Below are positions 8,574 through 18,580 of a stretch of DNA of 64,000 bases, piece by piece. The stretch is from Chitinophagales bacterium (GTDB lineage Bacteria > Bacteroidota > Bacteroidia > Chitinophagales > BACL12): contig JBGAWP010000012.1 in assembly GCA_044227505.1 (NCBI GenBank), forward strand, positions 2,946-66,945. Reading direction: 5' to 3'. The notes under the pieces were generated by a model, which had not been told where the DNA came from, did not search any database, and saw only the letters and a program-made list of their open reading frames with translations. A program made the position numbers and the translations under genes. Within the stretch, counting starts at the first letter, position 1. Each line of letters opens with the position of its first letter.

Positions 8574-8601
8574 AAGCCTTTCGGAATATTTCGGAAGGCT
8601 T
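8574..8601 (+). terminator. hairpin (attenuator/terminator-like) just upstream of the sigma factor start
   Basis: AAGCCTTTCG / CGGAAGGCTT forms a 10-bp stem (one G.U) with an 8-nt loop. It is preceded by an A-run and followed by TATTATATG (the sigma ATG is at 8608). Confidence 0.4.
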
Positions 8602-8607
8602 TATTAT

Positions 8608-9840
8608 ATGCAGCAAGAAGAACTGATACCACATTTATTCCGGACAGAATACAGAAAAATAATTTCGGTGCTCTGCAAAGTTTTTGGATTTGAATATATT
8701 GCCATTGCAGAAGATATTGTTAGTGAAACCTTTTTATTGGCTGCGGAAACCTGGGGGTTAAAAGGACTACCGCAAAATCCAACTGCATGGTTGTATACAG
8801 TTGCGAAAAATAAGGCGAAGGACCTATTAAAACACAACGCGGTTTTTAATAAAAAAATAGAACCGGCATTTAAAAGATCAACTTCTTTTACTGAAGAAAC
8901 GGAGATCGATCTATCCGGAAAAAATATCAACGACAGTCAATTACAAATGATGTTTGCCATTTGTAATTCCACAATATCCGTGGAAGCTCAAATTGGATTA
9001 TCACTAAATATTCTTTGCGGATTTGGTGCCGAAGAAATTGCTGATGCTTTTTTAAGCAATAAAGAAACTATTTATAAGCGCTTATCCAGAGCAAAAGAAA
9101 AGTTGAGATCAGAAAATATTAAAATAGAATTTCCTCCTGCCCAGGAAATAAATACCAGGTTAGAAACTGTACTCACCACAATTTATTTATTATTCAGTGA
9201 GGGATATTATTCCACCTCACAAAACACAACTTTGCGCAAGGATCTTTGTTTGGAAGCTATGCGATTAAATTTAATGCTGACGGAATTTGAATTAACAGAT
9301 ACACCTGCTTCCAACGCATTATTATCATTGATGTGCTTTCACTCCTCCAGGTTTGATGCAAGAACTGCTTCAAATGGGGACCTTATTTTATATGAAAAGC
9401 AGGATGAAAATTTATGGAACAGGGAATTAATTGAGAAGGGGGAATATTATCTGACCAGAGCTTCCAAAGGAAAGATCTTATCAAAATATCATTTGGAAGC
9501 CGCAATTGCCTATTGGCATACAATCAAAAATGACAGTATCGAAAAATGGGAAAATATACTACAATTGCATAACCGATTATTACAAATAGAATACTCCCCT
9601 ATTGCTGCCTTAAACAGAACCTTCGCATTGTCAAAGGCAAATGGGAAATTAGAGGCAATTAAGGAAGCAGAAAAACTTGATCTGAAAAACAATCATTTAT
9701 ACCATATGCTTCTAGGGAATTTATATATGGATATTAATACTGACAAATCCATTGAACACTTGGAAATTGCTTTCAATCTTGCAAAAACGGATTCGGAAAG
9801 ATCCGTTATACAACAAACTATCAGCAAATTATCAAAATAA
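8608..9840 (+). CDS. ECF-type RNA polymerase sigma factor with long C-terminal extension (ECF42-like)
   Basis: 410 aa. Region 2 (PQNPTAWLYTVAKNKAKDLLK) and region 4 (GFGAEEIADAFLSNKETIYKRLSRAKEKL) lie in the first ~180 aa. About 230 aa of helical/TPR-like extension follows. A DGPF gene lies immediately upstream. Confidence 0.75.
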   Translation: MQQEELIPHLFRTEYRKIISVLCKVFGFEYIAIAEDIVSETFLLAAETWGLKGLPQNPTAWLYTVAKNKAKDLLKHNAVFNKKIEPAFKRSTSFTEETEIDLSGKNINDSQLQMMFAICNSTISVEAQIGLSLNILCGFGAEEIADAFLSNKETIYKRLSRAKEKLRSENIKIEFPPAQEINTRLETVLTTIYLLFSEGYYSTSQNTTLRKDLCLEAMRLNLMLTEFELTDTPASNALLSLMCFHSSRFDARTASNGDLILYEKQDENLWNRELIEKGEYYLTRASKGKILSKYHLEAAIAYWHTIKNDSIEKWENILQLHNRLLQIEYSPIAALNRTFALSKANGKLEAIKEAEKLDLKNNHLYHMLLGNLYMDINTDKSIEHLEIAFNLAKTDSERSVIQQTISKLSK

Positions 9841-9891
9841 ATTAGCTTTCCTCTCTGGCTGAGATAATAACATTTCAGTATTAAACAAAAA

Positions 9892-11187
9892 TTGGTTAAT
9901 ATTGGATTACTAAACCACACTGATCCCATAAAAAAGGCTTTCTCCATATTATTAAAGTTATTGATTGGATTATTTCTATGCCTTGTAATCTATTTAAATA
10001 TCCGCTTATATTTTGGTCCGCATTTTGAAAATAAAGCAGCAATACTTGAAGATTCCCACAAACAATTAAATTTTCTGGGTTATGAGATCCATAATAATGA
10101 TCTGGGTAAGAGAATGCAGGATATTTTTCCGGAAGGATTTGTATTTACCAATGCACTGTATGGTTTAAGCTGTGCCGAAATTGCCGCCAACCCAAATTCC
10201 GGTGGTTTAAAAAAATCATATTATATCAGCGAGGCAAGATTTGCTTTTGATGAAATTAATTCCGAGTATGCTAAACAGAATTTCATAAAGTCGATGAGCC
10301 CGGAATACGGTATGTATTATATCGGATGGAAAAATTATCTCTTGGGCAAGATACTTTCAGCACAAAAGCATATTGATAGTGCGGAATTGGTTTTATTTAA
10401 GAATAATTGCAAATCAATTTCCGAAGCGCTAAAAAATAATTTTTATCCATCATCATATCCAGCTTCCTCATGGCCTGCAGATGCTGCTGTTGGCGTTGCC
10501 TCTTTAAAACAACACGATCTCCTTTTTGAACCGGAATACGATTCGGTAATAAAAGATTGGATCCAAAAAGTTAAGTTAAATCTTGACAGTACTACGGGTT
10601 TAATTCCACATGCAGTTGAAGCAGAAACCGGAAAACCTATTGATGTTGCAAGGGGATCATCCATTTGTTTAACGCTGATATTTCTCTCTGAAATTGATCC
10701 AGTTTTCGCAAAAGAACAATTCGATCTTTTTTATGAAAAATTTACGATCACCAGGTTTGGGTTACCATTTGTTAGAGAATATCCAAAGGGCAGCAAAGGT
10801 CATGCAGACATAGATTCCGGACCTGTAATTCTGAAAGTAGGTTTTGCCGGCACTATAGTAGCAACAGGCACCTTTATAAAATTTGGCGAACTGGAAACAG
10901 CAAATAAAATTTCCGCTTGTATCGAAAGTATAGGTTTTCCTAAAATTGATGGAGATCAAAAAAAATACTTGTCAGGAAAATTACCCATTGCGGATGCCTT
11001 TATAGTGTGGACCAGACTACAATCTTCTGAAACTATTCGCGATAATTACTCCTATGGCAGTTTTCTTATTTTTCATATTTATAGTTTTCTGGTCGTATTT
11101 TTATTTATTGTATTATTTTATAGAAAACGGCTTTGGGATCTATTTAATAAGAACCGGAACAGGCATATTGCTTCCAAACAAAAGTGA
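9892..11187 (+). CDS. hypothetical membrane-anchored protein
   Basis: 431-aa ORF with a TTG start; the first in-frame ATG would delete the N-terminal TM helix. TM helices lie at both ends, with a large central soluble domain. No family recognised. Confidence 0.4.
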   Translation: MVNIGLLNHTDPIKKAFSILLKLLIGLFLCLVIYLNIRLYFGPHFENKAAILEDSHKQLNFLGYEIHNNDLGKRMQDIFPEGFVFTNALYGLSCAEIAANPNSGGLKKSYYISEARFAFDEINSEYAKQNFIKSMSPEYGMYYIGWKNYLLGKILSAQKHIDSAELVLFKNNCKSISEALKNNFYPSSYPASSWPADAAVGVASLKQHDLLFEPEYDSVIKDWIQKVKLNLDSTTGLIPHAVEAETGKPIDVARGSSICLTLIFLSEIDPVFAKEQFDLFYEKFTITRFGLPFVREYPKGSKGHADIDSGPVILKVGFAGTIVATGTFIKFGELETANKISACIESIGFPKIDGDQKKYLSGKLPIADAFIVWTRLQSSETIRDNYSYGSFLIFHIYSFLVVFLFIVLFYRKRLWDLFNKNRNRHIASKQK

Positions 11188-11378
11188 GAGATAGTAAAAT
11201 ATCATAACTATATCACTATCAATTACTTATGTCTTATTTTTACAAATGGACATTAAATGAACTTCAATTTATTAATGCATGAACCTAAATCCAGGTTCAT
11301 ACGTAAGATATATAATGAATCTATGAGGTGATCTTGTGTTGGCCATTTTGAGTTTCAAAACTTTTTAAACAAACAATT

Positions 11379-13957
11379 ATGAATCACCACCTATTGCCCA
11401 TTTCAGAAATAGAGCAACTTTTTAATACAAGTGAAGCTGGTTTGAATGTTGTAGCCGCTGAAAAGCTCTTGTTGGAATTTGGCAAAAATGAATTGGCTGC
11501 TAAAAAAAAGAAATCCATCATTGTAATCTTTTTAAGTCAATTTAAAGATGTGATGATCTTTATATTATTGGCAGCAGCAGCAGTTTCCATTTTTATAGGA
11601 GAGATCAATGACGCTTACGTAATTCTCATTATTGTGATATTAAATGCCGTTATCGGTTTTATGCAGGAATATAAGGCTGAAAAGGCGATGCTTGCTTTAA
11701 AAAAGATGTCGGCAAGTTCAACTATTGTTAGGCGTGAAGGTAAAATATTTGAAATACCAAGTGCTGAATTAGTTCCGGGTGATGTAGTAATAATGGAGTC
11801 CGGGAATTTAGTGCCTGCAGACATGCGTTTAAGAGTATGCCACTCCTTGAAGATAGAAGAGGCTGCGCTTACAGGAGAATCAATTGCTATTGATAAAACT
11901 ACAGAGGAACTCACGGAAGAAAAATTATCGCTGGGTGACATGACCAACATGGCATTTAAAGGTACCGTTGTAACCTATGGAAGAGGGGAAGGTATAGTGG
12001 TTGCCACAGGAATGCAAACGGAAATTGGAAGAATAGCAAAATTGTTGGATATAAAAGAACTTCAAACTCCGCTGCAAAAAAAATTATCTGATTTCGGAAA
12101 AAAACTGTCGTTTGTTGTTATAGCAATATGTGTGATGATGTTTGGGGTTGGTTTATTACGGGGAGAAGAACCAATTCAAATGTTGCTCACATCTATTTCA
12201 GTTGCCGTTGCAGCAATACCGGAGGCACTACCTGCCTTAATAATTATTGCTTTAGCCATTGGTGCTAAACGTCTTGTTCGTATTAATGCACTGATTCGCA
12301 AATTACCGGCAACAGAAACGTTGGGATCTGTTACTTATATCTGCACAGATAAAACCGGAACAATTACACAAAATAAAATGACTGTAACAAATATCTGGCA
12401 ATTGCCGGAAACCAGTTCTATAAATAATTTAAGTGCCGATGAATTACTACTTATAGCGATGGAACTCAACCATGACGTAATAATGGATGAAAGTAATAAT
12501 TTAAAAGGTGACCCAACAGAAATTGCATTGGTAGAATATTCCAGGAGTAGCAGAAATAATAAAATTGCATTCGACATCAATCTACCCCGAGAACAAGAAT
12601 TGCCTTTTGATTCGGAACGCAAACGCATGAGTGTAATTTATCCCTTTAATAATGCATGGATTGTAATAACAAAAGGCGCTGTTGAGTCTATTCTTAACAT
12701 TTGCGATGAAAAAAATGCTGTTCAAATTAATTCCACAACGGCCGAATTTGCAAAAGAAGGTAAACGTATTTTGGCATATTCATTTAGAGAATTACCAGAT
12801 TTACCCGATACCTTTTCAATAGAGACCATAGAATGTAAAATGCATTTTCTGGGATTGGCTGCAATGATAGACCCACCGCGTTTGGAATCCAAACAAGCAA
12901 TAAAAGATTGCAAAACAGCAGGTATCATTCCTGTTATGATAACGGGTGATCATCCTATAACTGCAAAGGTGATTGCAAAGGAAACAGGTATAATTGAAGA
13001 TGCTAACGACAAAATTATTACCGGAGCAGAATTAGCTGCATTATCGGACGCTGAATTTGAAAAAGAGGTTGAAAATATCCGATTATATGCCCGTGTTTCG
13101 CCGGAGCAAAAACTACTTATTGTAAAAACACTGCAAAAAAAATCACAAATTGTTGCGATGACCGGCGATGGTGTAAACGAGCCTTGCGCAGAGCTGATAT
13201 TGGAGTTGCAATGGGAATTACAGGTACAGATGTGAGCAAGGAAGCTGCCGACATGATTTTACTTGATGACAATTTTGCAACATTAATTAAAGCTGTAAAA
13301 GAGGGAAGAAGAATTTATGATAATATTCGCAAGTTTTTTAAATATATTTTAACTAGTAATGGCGGGGAAATCTGGACTTTATTCCTTGCCCCCCTTATAG
13401 GGTTACCTTTACCACTATTACCAATTCATATTTTATATATTAATTTGGTAACGGATGGTTTACCAGGTTTGGCATTTGCTGCGGAACCATCAGAAGAGGA
13501 TATTTTAAACCGAAAACCACGAAAACCCAATGAAAGTATTTTTGCAAATGGAATAGGTATCCATATTCTTTGGGTTGGATTTTTTATGGGTGCAATATGC
13601 TTGGCAACGCAAATTTACGCGATGCATATGGAAAATGAGAAATGGCAGACTATGGTATTTACCGTTTTATGCGTAAGTCAAATGGGACATGCCATGGCGA
13701 TCAGGAGTAATAAGCAATCATTGTTTAAACAAGGAATATTTGGAAATAAACAACTGGCAATTTCCGTCATACTTACTTTAGCTCTTCAGATGTTTGTTAT
13801 CTATGCACCATTTATGCAGGATATATTCCGAACTCAAGCACTTTCACTTGTGGAATTAACATTTTGCATCGTTGTCTCTTCCACTGTATTCTGGGTAGTA
13901 GAATTTGAGAAGTGGGTAAAACGCCTCAACGATAAAAGGTCAGGCGCGAAATCTTAA
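11379..13957 (+). pseudogene. cation-transporting P-type ATPase (type II, Ca2+/Mg2+-like), disrupted by a frameshift
   Basis: ORFs 11379..13235 and 13184..13957 are two halves of one ATPase, with TGES, the DKTGT phosphorylation site and MTGDGVN. After GDGVN, only 5 nt (13179-13183) stand where the 12 nt encoding DAPA are expected. The frame then shifts to ..RRADIGVAMGITGTDVSKEAADMILLDDNF. Confidence 0.75.
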
Positions 13958-14090
13958 TATGTTTTTAGAAGCATAAGTATTCGTAAAATAAATCATAAGT
14001 AACATTGATAAATGTCATTTTTGCAGCCTCGCTCTCCAAAGTAACTTAGGGGTGCAAATAAATATTTAATAACAATTAAAACTCAAAATT

Positions 14091-14552
14091 ATGACTGCAC
14101 TAACTTTAAAAAGAAAAAGCTTGTTACCTACTATTACAAGCAATTTTTTCAATGGCGGTAGCCTTTTAAATCCGAATTTTTTTGACATCGATGGCGATTT
14201 CTTAGATTTTGATATTGCAGATCGTATTCCTTCCGTAAATATCAAGGAAAATACTAAAGATTTTGCCCTTGAAATGGCAGTTCCGGGAATGGAAAAAGAA
14301 GACTTCAAGATCAATATTGAGAATGATATGCTTAATATCAGCTCAGAAAAAGAAGAAGAGAAAAAAGAAGAGAATGAAAATTACACCCGCAAAGAATATG
14401 CTTACAACAGCTTCTCCAGGTCTTTCCGTTTACCTGAAAATTGCCTGTCAGATAAGATAGATGCGAAGTACGAAAAAGGTATATTACATGTTACCATCCC
14501 TAAAAAAGAGGTAACAATAAAAAAAACAACTAAGGAAATTAAAGTATCATGA
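14091..14552 (+). CDS. Hsp20/alpha-crystallin family small heat-shock protein
   Basis: 153 aa. The alpha-crystallin domain reads PSVNIKENTKDFALEMAVPGMEKEDFKI......FSRSFRLPE....KIDAKYEKGILHVTIPK. Confidence 0.85.
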   Translation: MTALTLKRKSLLPTITSNFFNGGSLLNPNFFDIDGDFLDFDIADRIPSVNIKENTKDFALEMAVPGMEKEDFKINIENDMLNISSEKEEEKKEENENYTRKEYAYNSFSRSFRLPENCLSDKIDAKYEKGILHVTIPKKEVTIKKTTKEIKVS

Positions 14553-14573
14553 TTATTGGTATTTTCTGAGAAT

Positions 14574-14609
14574 AAACGACCTGCCCGAAAAGCAGGTCGT
14601 TTGTTTTTT
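14574..14609 (+). terminator. rho-independent terminator after hsp20
   Basis: AAACGACCTGC / GCAGGTCGTTT is a perfect 11-bp stem with a 7-nt loop, followed by GTTTTTTGG. Confidence 0.85.
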
Positions 14610-14825
14610 GGACTATTTCAAGTATTTATATTGACCATGGTTCTAAACCGCAGATATTTATCACCTTTCTCAAACATATGATAAATCTCATTGGGCAACT
14701 TGAGGATGGTCACCTCAGCAGGCCTATTGAAAAACTATCTTTAGTTCACATATAATATTCTAAATATCAATAATAGGTGCACCTGGAATTCATAAATTTC
14801 AATTAATAATAATAAATATAACAAA

Positions 14826-15146
14826 ATGAAAGAATTTGAAATAAATAATATCCAGTTAAAGATACAAACTTCAAATCTGGATGAAGACGGGAAAATCAGT
14901 AATTATATCATCGAGCAAATTGAAGCTCTCGGCAAAAAATACAGCCGCATCAATAAATGCGAGGCATATCTAAAATTAATGAAGAACGATAAAAAAATGA
15001 ATTGTTTGGTTGAAGTTAAGTTATTTGTTCCCGGTCAGAGCCTGATAGCCATTGACAATCAGCAAACATTTAAGCTCGCATCTAAAATGGTATTTGACGA
15101 CCTCAAAAAACAGCTTGTCCGTTTCAAAGAAAAAATCAGCGAATAG
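14826..15146 (+). CDS. ribosome hibernation factor, HPF/RaiA family (short form)
   Basis: 106 aa. The pattern I.L.I......L.....YI..KIE.L.K...RI....V.L........VEV.L.VPG..L.A......F..A......DL..QL...KEK matches the sigma-54-modulation/HPF fold. Confidence 0.65.
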   Translation: MKEFEINNIQLKIQTSNLDEDGKISNYIIEQIEALGKKYSRINKCEAYLKLMKNDKKMNCLVEVKLFVPGQSLIAIDNQQTFKLASKMVFDDLKKQLVRFKEKISE

Positions 15147-15273
15147 TTGAATTCAATTTTTGTTTTGCAGATCAGACAACTAAAAATTGGCACCACCATA
15201 AGAATTAAGGAATATAATTAAATTCATTGATAACCCTTGGATTTTTTTTGATTAACCCGAAAGATAACTGACG

Positions 15274-17223
15274 ATGGAAACAAACAATAAAAACACAACA
15301 GAAAAGGGAAATCAGGAAACACCAATAGCGAAACGGCCTCGTAAAAGCAATAAAGGGCTACTTTTGGTTTATGGTATAATAATCTTAATTCTGCTCCTGA
15401 TCAGTTATACTTTTATTCAATTTCAACCTGCTGAAATTACCTGGCAAGAATTTGATACTAAAATGTTACAACGCAATGCAGTTGAAAAAATAGAGATTCT
15501 TGATAACGAAAAGGCAGAGATCTATATTAAAAAAGAATTTAGTAACGACCCTGCATTTACGAACGTTTTCCATCCGAACTTCGGAAACAAAATTAATGAG
15601 GGACCCCATTATTATTTCAATATTGGCTCCGTTGAATATTTCGAAAATAAAATGTCAGAGTCTGAAAAAATTAACCCGGAGAATGAAAAAATACCTGTCA
15701 TTTTCACAAAAACGAGTAATTGGTATTCTGATTTGTTCCAATGGATTTTACCACTTCTATTGATCTTTTTATTCTGGTTTATTATTACCCGATTTATTGC
15801 CCGCGGAAGCCCACAGGGACCATCCGTATTTAATTTCGGAAAATCAACAGCTACTCTTTTTGATACCGGAGATAAAAAAAGTGCTGTCACATTTGAAGAT
15901 GTTGCCGGACTGGAGGAAGCGAAAGTTGAGGTAAAGGAGATCGTAGATTTTTTAATGGATCCAAAAACTTTTACTCGATTGGGTGCGAAGATTCCAAAGG
16001 GTGTTATAATAGTTGGCCCCCCGGGTACCGGTAAAACGCTTCTGGTAAAAGCGGTGGCGGGAGAAGCAAAGGTTCCTTTCTTTTCCATTTCAGGATCTGA
16101 GTTTGTTGAAATGTTTGTTGGTGTAGGAGCATCACGTGTTCGTGATCTGTTCCGACAAGCAAAAGAAAAAGCACCCTGCATAATTTTTATTGATGAAATT
16201 GATGCAGTTGGGAGATCAAGAGGGCGGAACACCGTTTTTTCAGGTGCAAATGATGAAAGAGAAAGTACATTGAATCAACTCCTCACTGAAATGGATGGGT
16301 TTGGAACTAACAGCGGAGTGATTGTTTTAGCTGCAACAAACCGTGCCGACATGTTGGATCCTGCGCTTTTACGACCTGGTCGCTTCGACAGACATATTTA
16401 CCTGGAACTCCCAACATTAATGGAAAGAAAAGCAATATTTAAAGTGCATTTGAAACCACTTTTAAAAGAAAGCTCCGTTGATGCTGAACTTCTTGCTGCA
16501 CAAACACCCGGGTTTTCAGGCGCTGATATTGCAAATATTTGCAATGAAGCAGCACTCATTGCAGCGCGAAAAAAAAGATCAAAAGTCACTAAACAGGATT
16601 TCAGCGATGCGATCGATCGGATCATTGCCGGAATTGAAAAGAAAAGCAAGATCATTTCTCCTGATGAAAAAAAGATCATTGCATATCATGAAGCCGGGCA
16701 TGCAGTAGCAAGTTGGTTTCTACAAAATGTGGATCCGCTTTATAAAGTTTCTATTGTTCCAAGAGGCAAATCTCTAGGCGCTGCATGGTACCTACCTGAA
16801 GAAAGAACATTGCGAAATACTGCACAGTTTAATGATATTATGTGTGCAACACTTGGAGGCAGAGCAGCCGAGGAAATTATTTTTGGGGATATTACGTCGG
16901 GTGCATTGGATGATCTTGAAAAAGTAACACAACAAGCCTATACCATGGTAGTTTATTACGGTTTCAGCAAAAAAGTGGGTAATGTTAGTTTCTACGATTC
17001 TGATGGATTGAACATATCAGGTTTACAAAAACCTTACAGCGAAGAAACCGGAAGAATTATTGATGAGGAAGTCCGCAAACTAATTGAGGAAAATTATCAG
17101 ACCACTAAGAAGCTGCTCAATGAACATAAAGAACAATTAAAAAAATTAGCGGAATTGTTACTTGAAAAAGAAATAGCAGAAAAAGTGGATATTGAAAAAA
17201 TTCTTGGAACCCGGCCACAATAG
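15274..17223 (+). CDS. ftsH: ATP-dependent zinc metalloprotease FtsH
   Basis: 649 aa with two TM helices, Walker A GPPGTGKT, Walker B IIFIDEID, second region of homology [20 protein letters not shown], and zinc site HEAGHA. Confidence 0.95.
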   Translation: METNNKNTTEKGNQETPIAKRPRKSNKGLLLVYGIIILILLLISYTFIQFQPAEITWQEFDTKMLQRNAVEKIEILDNEKAEIYIKKEFSNDPAFTNVFHPNFGNKINEGPHYYFNIGSVEYFENKMSESEKINPENEKIPVIFTKTSNWYSDLFQWILPLLLIFLFWFIITRFIARGSPQGPSVFNFGKSTATLFDTGDKKSAVTFEDVAGLEEAKVEVKEIVDFLMDPKTFTRLGAKIPKGVIIVGPPGTGKTLLVKAVAGEAKVPFFSISGSEFVEMFVGVGASRVRDLFRQAKEKAPCIIFIDEIDAVGRSRGRNTVFSGANDERESTLNQLLTEMDGFGTNSGVIVLAATNRADMLDPALLRPGRFDRHIYLELPTLMERKAIFKVHLKPLLKESSVDAELLAAQTPGFSGADIANICNEAALIAARKKRSKVTKQDFSDAIDRIIAGIEKKSKIISPDEKKIIAYHEAGHAVASWFLQNVDPLYKVSIVPRGKSLGAAWYLPEERTLRNTAQFNDIMCATLGGRAAEEIIFGDITSGALDDLEKVTQQAYTMVVYYGFSKKVGNVSFYDSDGLNISGLQKPYSEETGRIIDEEVRKLIEENYQTTKKLLNEHKEQLKKLAELLLEKEIAEKVDIEKILGTRPQ

Positions 17224-17316
17224 ATAACAAATAATTCTTTTACTAAAGTTCCGGTTTAAATATGTAAATTCATTATGCATTTATTGTATCGGATCAATTT
17301 AAAAATACAATAATTA

Positions 17317-18252
17317 TTAATCAGGTTTCCGCATTTTTGACAGCTTTAGGAATAGTTCCTTTTCTTCATCGGATAAATTTTTAGGCACTGTAAGTGAAAT
17401 TTTAACAAATGCATTTCCCCTTTCTTCCGGTTTACCATAAACCGGCATGCCCATCCCCTTTAATCGAAATATTTTTCCACTATTTGTTCCTTCAGGCACC
17501 TGAATATTTATTTTTTTATGTAGTAAATTAACTGCCATTTTACCACCTAGAACTGCGGTATAAATATCTAACTGCGCTTCGAAATGCAGGTCATTTCCCA
17601 CAATAGAATAATGTGGATGGTTCTTTATGCGAACAGTTAAAAGCAGATCTCCCGGTACTGCCCCTGCTGATCCTGCACTACCCTTTCCTTTCATTCGCAA
17701 TACCTGGCCATCATGAATACCCGGTTTAAATTTCAGGTTAAGTTTATTGCCATTTAAAGTTATTTGTTTAGTAACACCATTATAGGCATCCTCCAGGGTA
17801 AGTTCAATTTCAGCATGCTGATCCTGGCCTTTTCCTGCATGGGAAGTCCGCTGTTTTTTTCCATTGTTGCGGCCGAACTCTCCGCCAAATATCGATTCAA
17901 AAAAATCGGAAAAATTACCTGATCCTCCAAACATATCTTCATCGCCGAATTGAGTTCCGGGTCGTCTGGATTGTTTTGTCCATTTCTCCCACTCGAATCC
18001 CTCCTGACTTCCACCCTGCTGTGCATAGTCATTCCAGTTTTCACCTAACTCATCATACTTTTTTCTTTTTACAGGATCTCCCAACACCTCATTAGCCTCG
18101 TTAGCTTCTTTGAATTTTTCTTCAGCCTGTTTATTTCCGGGGTTTTTATCCGGATGGTATTTCAAGGCCAACTTGCGAAAGGCCTTTTTAATTTCTTCTT
18201 GTGATGCCTTTTTATCCAAGCCGAGAATAGCATAATAATCCTTATATTCCAT
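17317..18252 (-). CDS. J-domain co-chaperone, CbpA-like (DnaJ C-terminal domains, no zinc finger)
   Basis: 311 aa. The J-domain reads [33 protein letters not shown]. It has a G/F-rich linker and DnaJ_C-type beta domains, with no CxxCxGxG repeats. Confidence 0.85.
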   Translation of the reverse strand: MEYKDYYAILGLDKKASQEEIKKAFRKLALKYHPDKNPGNKQAEEKFKEANEANEVLGDPVKRKKYDELGENWNDYAQQGGSQEGFEWEKWTKQSRRPGTQFGDEDMFGGSGNFSDFFESIFGGEFGRNNGKKQRTSHAGKGQDQHAEIELTLEDAYNGVTKQITLNGNKLNLKFKPGIHDGQVLRMKGKGSAGSAGAVPGDLLLTVRIKNHPHYSIVGNDLHFEAQLDIYTAVLGGKMAVNLLHKKINIQVPEGTNSGKIFRLKGMGMPVYGKPEERGNAFVKISLTVPKNLSDEEKELFLKLSKMRKPD

Positions 18253-18410
18253 AATATGTTGTGAAATTATTAATTAAATTCCATTGCTCTACTCTTAAGG
18301 AACTATTTTAAAGAGTTTTTAGTGCATTAAGCATAAATATTCAGTTTTTAATACTCCTAATGATCATCCGCAGAACTGATGTCAATTATTAACATTCCCC
18401 TTTCCAACAA

Positions 18411-18439
18411 AAAGAACCTGCAGTTTTTGCAGGTTCTTT
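18411..18439 (-). terminator. rho-independent terminator (minus strand) after 18581..19006
   Basis: AAAGAACCTGCA / TGCAGGTTCTTT is a perfect 12-bp stem with a 5-nt loop. On the minus strand the stem is followed by TTGTTGG, giving a U-rich tail. Confidence 0.7.
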
Positions 18440-18580
18440 ATATCGGTATCAAGCATTAGAGTATAAACTTGAACCATAAATCAGGATACTTCAATTATAT
18501 TTAATAAATAGAGCATGTTAAATACATTAGAAACGTATTATTTATTGCAAAGTGGGGTATTATAAGACTTATAAGACAAG

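Noticed and set aside
13184-13957. Independent 257-aa gene starting with TTG
   Set aside because: It is the C-terminal third of the P-type ATPase (RADIGVAMG..., TM7-10) and continues the upstream ORF after a frameshift. It is annotated as one pseudogene instead.
14263-14460. 65-aa Lys-rich ORF
   Set aside because: It is an alternative frame of the hsp20 gene through its Glu/Lys-rich linker, which is a compositional artefact.
15612-16232. 206-aa minus-strand ORF
   Set aside because: It lies entirely antisense to the AAA+ core of ftsH, a typical shadow ORF. The same reasoning applies to 16398..16679 (-), 16478..16708 (+) and 15500..15763 (+).
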